A DNA stretch of 64,000 bases. Origin: a virus. The stretch is taken from positions 1-64,000 of the IMG/VR virus record IMGVR_UViG_3300047476_001680; one strand, given 5' to 3'. Shown in pieces: positions 58,601-64,000 of the stretch. Under the pieces are notes generated by a model, which was not told the origin of the DNA, ran no database searches, and saw nothing but the letters and a program-made list of their open reading frames with translations. Made by a program: the position numbers and the translations under genes. Within the stretch, counting starts at the first letter, position 1. Every line of letters begins with the position of its first letter.

Positions 58601-61600
58601 ACTAGGAGTCCATTGCAATTTTCTACTAGGAACTTCGCTTAGATATCTAAACTTGATGCTTGAAAGTTTTAGTATTTTAACAAAATCTACCTCTGCACCG
58701 ATAAATCCAGTGAGGTCAAAATCACCAGTATATTCAATTACAAAATTTGTATCATCAGTTACAGATTTAATTTCATACAATCCAGAAAAATTATCTATTC
58801 CATTTAAAATAATGATATTTTCTTTGGCAAAATTATGCTTGTCAGAAGTGGTCACTGTAAGTTGCCCGCCAAGACTATTAGTAATGTTGACAGTAAACAC
58901 CTCTGTGTTGGTAACTTCGTAAATATCCCAAACTTGTTTATAATTTTTTGCACACCACAATGTTTTGCCAACATCCAGAATGTCCAATTGCTCTTGGGTC
59001 AGCAATGTACTACCAAGATCAAAAACCTTTACATCTATCTCATCTATCTTGGCGAAACCCACAGATTGAATATCTTCGTCGTAGTCGCTAGATTCGTTTC
59101 GATCCAGGAATATAGGGAATTCAAGAGTATGTGTTGATGTTTTATAAACACTGTTTTTGTTTGTGTACGTTTCTGAATACAGAGCACTGCCATTAGCACC
59201 AATTACCAAACTCGCTGGGTTATTTTTTAAATACTGTTCCTGTAGCTGTATTTCAATATATCTATTAGTATCCAGACTTCCATATTCGCCTACTTTGAAA
59301 GCCCAGTCTTCGTGAAGTGTTATATTGCTGGTGTTGTCTTCAAAACTCAGCTGTTTTAATGCGTCAATGGCTCGCTTGGTACCTTTTTCTCGTATAAAGC
59401 CTTGATAGAACTTTACCTGTGATGTATCATTGATACCCAGATTATCCAGATAACTTCTATTTCTATATCCTATTAGGCCCAGGCTGTACTGATCAAAAAT
59501 ATTGTCATCAGTGACAGTGTCTATATCATAGTAATTTTCAGCGAGCCCTGCCATTGTACCAAAACTGTTTAATAAACCAGTCTTGATTCTTGACTTGTCC
59601 ACTGGCAACCATTCTGTAAACTTAAATTCATCGTTGGCCACAATGTTATCTTTGGCAGCATAATAAAAGTTTTTATACTCTACGAGATCTCCACGACGAT
59701 AGTCGGTACCCGAAGTCCAGCCGGGCACAGTCTCTCGGTTATATACAAAACCTGGAATTTCAAAAGAACCAGTCCAATCCTGAGTTTTACTGCCCACTAG
59801 TTTAACTCTGAACTGGCGCTGGCCCGTGGCTGGGTCGTAGATAACATCGTTAAATTGTGATTTATTATTGAACACCATCGCGTGTTCATATTGCACAGTG
59901 TTTAACTTTGCCAGAGCAATCATTGACTGGTTGTTATCTAAAATAATATTACAGTTATTACCCACGCGAGAAATACTGTAAGCATCATAATTCAGTGTCT
60001 TGAAATTCTGATCGACGACCCTACTGTTCCAGGGATCATTAGAAATTTTGTCGACCACTGTGGCTGAATTTTCGAACTCAAGTGTATTAGCCACTGGGCT
60101 TAGAACTAAAATGCTACCCACGGACCAGCCCTGTTGAATCCAAAATAAAAATTCTTCTATACTCAGTGCCCAGTCACCCACTTTACCCAGATCTTCTCGG
60201 AACTTGGTAAATTTAAATCCTTGACTCACTAGTCCCCGTTCGTATCCAGCTATAAAATCACAGACATCCTGAGCTGTCTTAAATTCTGTGCCATAGGGCA
60301 CATCTTGAATTGTATTCTGAAATATAGTTGGATAGGTAACTGTTTCCTTTAATACTCTTATTGGGTAACTATTGGCTGATGGTGCAGGAACTGCCACTGT
60401 AAAATATGGCTGGGAAACATCATAACCCCTCAGACTCCATCCGCTGGTAGTTTTTTCCACTATTATTGCACTATATGTTGGTGTAAGTATTGGTTGAGAT
60501 TTATTTACAAAAAGCTTGTAATCATCATCAGGAATAACAACACCTTGATTTAAACTGTTGGGACTGTATTGTTCGGCTATGACTTTGATTCGACTCTTGT
60601 CACTGAAGCCTGCCATACGATAACTGAGTTGTATGGAGTAATTTTCTATAAATGATTTCAGCGGAGTTTTATCCACTACTCCCAGGCCAGTCTGTCTTTC
60701 TGCCAGCCAGTTTATGTAGCCAGCACCTCGAGTTATTGTGCCAGCGGAATCGATATACCCGTTGATCTTGATATCATTTTGTGTTATACAACGATTGGTA
60801 CCTTCTACCACATACTGATTTAATACTTCGTCGTACCTATATATGTCAGTGGCCACACCCAGACTGAAATATTCTGCTGGGTTGATGACTGCAGATAAAA
60901 TCTGGCAGGCGAAAGGATAATTTACACTCTTGCGCCAGGCTGTTTCTATTCTTCCCCACTCACCAGAAACCCAGGGTTTGTCAAAGTCTTGTTCATTGTA
61001 GCTATTGGTCAACAAACCCAATGGTGGTAATAAATTCCCTTGGTTGTCCACGGGAATGATATTGGATAATCCTGGACGGACAAAACGTGCATCATATTGC
61101 ACTGTGATGCCATCACGTATAGCACCTGCCTCGAGATCTTCCCAGAGTAGTGTGTTATCACTAGTGTAGGGTGCAGGCCCGTATTGGTCTTGCCACCATA
61201 ATGGTTCTTCACTAAATCCCAGCATTTCCCAGGGACGAAGATTGGGCGCTTCAGTGTCATAAAAATACTGGAAGCACGCTCTCCAACTTCCAGGCAGTGC
61301 CTGGTTATCCAAAACATCACCAGCCCCACCATAGTTATAGGTGTAGGGATTGTCTACGTCATAGGTGTCATTGCTAGTAAAGTTTAATCCTAGTGCCCCG
61401 GCCCAGTTCAAGAAATTTTTACTTAATGCAAATTCGATTTGCTCCAGTGTATAGTCTCTATTAAGTTCTTTTCTAAATCTACCAGGCTTGGTTGCAAACA
61501 TATCTACACTTGTTGAAGTGTAACTTACTTTGATATTATTGTAGATTCGTCTCTCTAACTCTAGAACTAAGTCGTCTCTAAAATCATTGAATGCTGGCGT

Positions 61601-64000
61601 CACTGACCCGTCGTGACCACGTATCATTTTTACAGTACCGCTTAGGTAGCTGGTGTCATCAAAAATCTCAGGCGTGAACTTGGGCCACAGGCCCAATTTA
61701 GTTGGTGTTTCTGGAATATAACAGCCGTCGGTGTTGGTATATTCAAAAATAGTAATTCTGTCGCCCACTGTGAGTTCAAAATTATCCAGGAACCTAAATG
61801 CTGGTGATGATTCGAGAAACTCGTAATCTCGTCCTAGTAGTATCTGTGTTTTATTGTAATAAATTATAACTGCTTTATTAGATAATACTGTGGGATTGAA
61901 AATTTCCGATAGCAAATAACTACGTCTTGCAGTATCTAGCACGTAATAGGTTATAATATTTTTGTCACTGCCATAGGGAACCATATCGCTGGCAAACCAG
62001 GGAAAGCTATTGTCCTTGACTGAGTTAATCTGTGATAATATTTTGTCCACTGCCACAATAGGGCTTTCTAGATCTAGATATGGCTCTGTGATGGCCATAC
62101 TTAAAAACTTGTGTCTAAATCTAGAATATTCTTTTTCTGCGTATCTCACACTGTCCACGAAGTTATACTTTTCACTGCTCAAGAACAGTGCAGGTAAACT
62201 CACTGGATTGGCGTGTTGTAGGATGGTGCCCACACCAGTGTTAAAATCAATGTCTCTACTATTGTTAACTCCCGGGAACTCACCAGTTAAATCCACCGTA
62301 CTCTGAGCTAGATTGGTTGCGTGACCACGCATCTGACCCAGGGTGATTTCATTGACAATAAAATTCTGAGCATTGTAGTTTAAGTTTTCTGGAATGATGT
62401 AAAATCCCAGCTGGCTCTGTGACTTACTATAGAAATTAATATCAATTCTATCCCCCTGCTTGATGAGTTCCGAGTCAATAGTAATGTCGTGTTTGTTTCC
62501 AATTAAGTCAGTCACAGTGTAATAATCTGCTGTGATCTCTTTGAAGTTTACCAATACACGTAGATTTTTTCTAGTTATGCTGTCTTCCATTAATACATCC
62601 ACACGGAAGACATTGTCTGTACCATCGTAGATATAGGGAATACTCTGGAATTGTGAAGTGGGCTCGTTTACTTTTCTCCAGGGTATTAGTTTTCTAAGTT
62701 CACCAGTGCTAAACTCTTGTAGAGTACCCAGTCCAATTTTTTGTGTATAAGTAACTCCATCAATTACATAGTTAAATGTTTCATTTTCAAAGGTATTTTC
62801 AAATACGATGTCGCCAGATGTAATTAGATTTTTATAAGACAGTGGGAACCCCAGCACACTGTCGTTGGCGCCTGCACCAATTTTATAGCTAAAAATTGTG
62901 GAGCCATTAAATGCAGTAGCAGAATTGTTTATGGGGTAATAGTCAAGATCCCCGAAACTGATGCCGTTGGCATCATAAACGTCAAACCTAGGTGCCTGAT
63001 TCACATTGAGTTTTTGTTGCCCCTCATTCCAGTCCACACCATCCCACCAGAAATACTTTCCATTGTTACTAGACTGTGTGGCCCGGACACTGCTAAAAGG
63101 CACCACTACATCAGTCTCTTCAATTAAATTAATGACAGGCGCAGGATTAAATGTATTGATGTCAGTGTCAATGAATGCTACTCGGTAGACTTTTTTTCTA
63201 GCTTCGGGATCAAGTTCACGTGTAAAAATAACACGCATACCATCTTCAAATTTAGTACCAGCGTTATCGTAGGCCACAGGCTGGCCTTGTATAGCCACAA
63301 AAGGGCGTTCGTGAATTTGATCCACGATGTCCACGGGCTGAAGCCCAATGTAGCCTGAATTAAACAATTTAATATCTGGGATAAACTCGATGATGGGGCG
63401 ACGTGCCTTGATGGCCTGGGTTAATTCCACATTGGTATTATTGTATCTGGCAGTGTCAAATAAAACTTGTTGGTGGAACCAACGGTTGTTTTTGCTCCAG
63501 GGATTAAAGTCTGTGCTGCTTCTGTTAATTGTAATATAATCAGGTACAGTAATATCCACTGGATCACTATCGTAGACTATCAAACTATCCACAGCAGTCA
63601 GTCTGATACCTTTGCCCACCCCGTCCACATAGAACTCTCGTTCAGAATAGGTGCTGGACTGTGCGCTGGCATCAAATCTGACTTTTAATCCATTGGTGAA
63701 TTTTACACCGTTGGGACTGGTGTAATACGTTCTTGACAAAATATCATTTTCAACGTTGATGATATTGTTTTCAACATCGATGATTCTAATATAACCCCAA
63801 GCCCCCTCACGTGATCCGTTTTGATAATATAATCTGTCAAGATTGGCAGTGATGATGGGCACACTTTCTAGTGTTTGTGTAGTAGTCTTGTACCAACTAG
63901 TTGATCTTAAAGTTTGTCCACCGGTGACAGTTATCTTGTTTAGACTAGCGATGTCAGCATAGTAACTTAACTTAAATCTATATTGCCCGTCACCAATGTC
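52625..64000 (-). CDS. Giant virion structural protein (baseplate wedge-like, at least 3790 aa), 5' end beyond window
   Basis: Frame open to base 64000; FYQGFIREKGT and VKPYRSTIREY motifs, FG/VGAP propeller repeats, GGSGY repeats. Confidence 0.75.
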   Translation of the reverse strand, partial: DIGDGQYRFKLSYYADIASLNKITVTGGQTLRSTSWYKTTTQTLESVPIITANLDRLYYQNGSREGAWGYIRIIDVENNIINVENDILSRTYYTSPNGVKFTNGLKVRFDASAQSSTYSEREFYVDGVGKGIRLTAVDSLIVYDSDPVDITVPDYITINRSSTDFNPWSKNNRWFHQQVLFDTARYNNTNVELTQAIKARRPIIEFIPDIKLFNSGYIGLQPVDIVDQIHERPFVAIQGQPVAYDNAGTKFEDGMRVIFTRELDPEARKKVYRVAFIDTDINTFNPAPVINLIEETDVVVPFSSVRATQSSNNGKYFWWDGVDWNEGQQKLNVNQAPRFDVYDANGISFGDLDYYPINNSATAFNGSTIFSYKIGAGANDSVLGFPLSYKNLITSGDIVFENTFENETFNYVIDGVTYTQKIGLGTLQEFSTGELRKLIPWRKVNEPTSQFQSIPYIYDGTDNVFRVDVLMEDSITRKNLRVLVNFKEITADYYTVTDLIGNKHDITIDSELIKQGDRIDINFYSKSQSQLGFYIIPENLNYNAQNFIVNEITLGQMRGHATNLAQSTVDLTGEFPGVNNSRDIDFNTGVGTILQHANPVSLPALFLSSEKYNFVDSVRYAEKEYSRFRHKFLSMAITEPYLDLESPIVAVDKILSQINSVKDNSFPWFASDMVPYGSDKNIITYYVLDTARRSYLLSEIFNPTVLSNKAVIIYYNKTQILLGRDYEFLESSPAFRFLDNFELTVGDRITIFEYTNTDGCYIPETPTKLGLWPKFTPEIFDDTSYLSGTVKMIRGHDGSVTPAFNDFRDDLVLELERRIYNNIKVSYTSTSVDMFATKPGRFRKELNRDYTLEQIEFALSKNFLNWAGALGLNFTSNDTYDVDNPYTYNYGGAGDVLDNQALPGSWRACFQYFYDTEAPNLRPWEMLGFSEEPLWWQDQYGPAPYTSDNTLLWEDLEAGAIRDGITVQYDARFVRPGLSNIIPVDNQGNLLPPLGLLTNSYNEQDFDKPWVSGEWGRIETAWRKSVNYPFACQILSAVINPAEYFSLGVATDIYRYDEVLNQYVVEGTNRCITQNDIKINGYIDSAGTITRGAGYINWLAERQTGLGVVDKTPLKSFIENYSIQLSYRMAGFSDKSRIKVIAEQYSPNSLNQGVVIPDDDYKLFVNKSQPILTPTYSAIIVEKTTSGWSLRGYDVSQPYFTVAVPAPSANSYPIRVLKETVTYPTIFQNTIQDVPYGTEFKTAQDVCDFIAGYERGLVSQGFKFTKFREDLGKVGDWALSIEEFLFWIQQGWSVGSILVLSPVANTLEFENSATVVDKISNDPWNSRVVDQNFKTLNYDAYSISRVGNNCNIILDNNQSMIALAKLNTVQYEHAMVFNNKSQFNDVIYDPATGQRQFRVKLVGSKTQDWTGSFEIPGFVYNRETVPGWTSGTDYRRGDLVEYKNFYYAAKDNIVANDEFKFTEWLPVDKSRIKTGLLNSFGTMAGLAENYYDIDTVTDDNIFDQYSLGLIGYRNRSYLDNLGINDTSQVKFYQGFIREKGTKRAIDALKQLSFEDNTSNITLHEDWAFKVGEYGSLDTNRYIEIQLQEQYLKNNPASLVIGANGSALYSETYTNKNSVYKTSTHTLEFPIFLDRNESSDYDEDIQSVGFAKIDEIDVKVFDLGSTLLTQEQLDILDVGKTLWCAKNYKQVWDIYEVTNTEVFTVNITNSLGGQLTVTTSDKHNFAKENIIILNGIDNFSGLYEIKSVTDDTNFVIEYTGDFDLTGFIGAEVDFVKILKLSSIKFRYLSEVPSRKLQWTPSTKIYIENGNQADEWSIYEKSEPWVLENNLKQSVLSNQGYLGSSLSLSSTGKYLTAGRPGTNSVTGNVVNFARNKYDQYIETGSITSNAKDLVGLGHDVANGDAIVIASAPYTKNNRGAVVVFDQDERGALAQRSIIASPVNTTSMFGHSITISDDDNWLYVGAPGEDKVYIYQFRDVDDESTSYTSAQVAVSSNSFTLPFTPAGQDFLVVQDREFIYTPYRDYTLAGNVLSFTFNINTAGNYGNLTVTQKSGYEYYANVSGNANSNFGWSVATSTDGRQLVAGAPADDVDGISRSGSISILDRSVERFYKTTSNVSFTVVSLHSLDNKNKVYVTGQLQTINVDYTVSGNTVSFITEPANGSTIEVESNNFELIGTKKGTDNVATDDQYGYSVDICPYNCSVYVGVPYFSSDNKFEVGRVYRLLNQSRVYGTIVGTVVNPTAVIGDTIRINDVVVEFTGTTLNNIVNDINNTRIPGITASNYNGYLKINSDAVIVADRLRVLPSTHSGTSPITYLGLDIFKDVEIIENPTATSYDRFGYTIAITDTSDGLVVGSPEAKTYKETTFDVYPALAETTPATKYFTDSTLDKLDQATTFDDGSTTFNDNFDSGAVWLMQYLSDSRQSIEYPGKFSLTQQLIPTDINVDFSTDIKFGSAVAVRGDSLFVGATQDSSSFTSTVNPQEYHGSVFYFKNNTGSKGWDQVESKQGRVDINSIVKAYLYNKDTNQVVYYLDYIDPIKGKILGQAEQELTYKTDYDPAVYNNSVRSDITLSQNFQWGREQVGQLWWDLGTVRYVDYEQGSIKYRTDNWGAQFEGSSIDVYEWVESDYPPSQYATLNGDGEVKYTDTYVSVNYIDTVTNLAVVKYYFWVKNKISVPQIASRKLSCLTVTDYIRNPKGSGIKYLAALRNDAVALFNIFEDVISDKIILHIDYASKINQDIIHREFSLLSPTGDKPANIPQVIYNKLLDSLSGVDVYDNIVPDAALPVQLKYGISNRPRQTMFVKREQAIANMVDYVNEVLKQTVVTRGFDLESISGGEPLPDITLGEYDLRCENNLEFGFVNPLTTPLGYRVLVVNDSTVGNHWALYENLRTDGWRLLRIQSYDVADYWEYTDWYAVGYSALTVPNFTIEATINLNDITSRLTTGDIIKIKNNGQNKWILLLVTDQDLRIIGIQSGTIQFKDNLYDYEKYGYSFDTGSFESSTFDRTPTVEMRTIVEALRNNIFINELSQKFTELFFVFVHYIFNEQKLVDWAFKTSFINIIHKVANLEELPLYRRNNQDNYKQYVEEVKPYRSTIREYVFNYEKTENNNLNVSDFDVVPYYDGELGLFRSPTSFATGGSVYPQDLDALNTSVNSYWKNNHDYYVSEVRVVDGGSGYADPPTITFSGSMTNDDARARALVANGSVTSVIVTYPGSGYYTTPNITLSFGGNAARLYPVLDNKTVRKIKTTLVYDRITYSSNVLTWSANTVFSENDIVTFNNVAYRVSTGFTSTSLFSSENLVELSGGDFDNANDRITAYYNPDIGRPGKNLALLQSGIDYPRVLLDSPYFSESGGFDVSSNEFDEDNFDAQARNEDGVFVFDEDLLDRIIDGGPPLANTAFDTSFSSNASVIEIDGGDYVDPYNSHSPEELVPGRMFDSVVMTITTANVDPLSSEYTNWYNSIGMTLDGVFIEDGGLGYTKDGISSVNVTVTSGNALVTATITTDGIILDNLGSIVGISISQPGLRYLDNPVITVTGGNLRPAIIYPRLSRPYWETTNNVFSYRIHKSIQSYKNLPRFTEIQDGEDIYRYYRADYVLDRTTLASDITANSNTIVVANSAVLSLPVNTPTSRIPGVIYINGERITFWNVDTATHTLSNIRRGTLGTGMASHSAGTVVYDMGANVDVVQGVDKADRDNIAFTRVNVAGVEFGKRFEGANFGPPITYTFTSVNNAVRTGVFNEQGYADSPILTESNVVVITEASLENITVETLANAPASNTGIFNSNTPYIRFIKGLTS

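Noticed and set aside
349-63688. Many short antisense or nested ORFs in the supplied track
   Set aside because: They are shadows of longer motif-bearing genes and lack SD sequences or recognisable motifs.
1-64000. Stop-codon reassignment, as in some jumbo phages
   Set aside because: Standard translation gives full-length conserved enzymes and near-complete coding density.
1-64000. tRNA or rRNA genes
   Set aside because: No cloverleaf or T-loop signature seen; intergenic gaps are short and otherwise explained.

Overview
A 64-kb segment of a large, AT-rich, standard-code myovirus-type (jumbo, T4-superfamily-related) phage genome, with genes cut at both window edges. The + strand (1-27.8 kb) carries a dispersed 7-deazaguanine DNA-modification set (TGT/DpdA-like, QueD-like, GT-B glycosyltransferase, FolE, phosphoribosyltransferase, QueD, atypical QueE; no QueC seen). 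It also carries an exported FG-GAP protein, a B12-type radical SAM, RNase H, small ORFs behind repeated sigma70 promoter-RBS cassettes, a MoxR/VWA-peptidase pair, DHFR, ThyA, an NDP-sugar epimerase and a DegT aminotransferase. The - strand (27.8-64 kb) carries a giant baseplate protein and Asn-rich fibre proteins, followed by a ~20-kb tailoring cluster: several glycosyltransferase-like genes, seven tandem SPASM/twitch radical SAM genes, an SGNH protein, a carbamoyltransferase and an unannotated 32-aa peptide. The strongest unexplained signals are (1) this radical-SAM/glycan cluster, possibly a virion glycosylation system, (2) apparent total absence of CATG, (3) a structured leader hiding the queD ribosome-binding site (candidate riboswitch), and (4) promoters whose -10 box lies inside a palindrome. 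All calls come from reading motifs by eye; no database searches were run.
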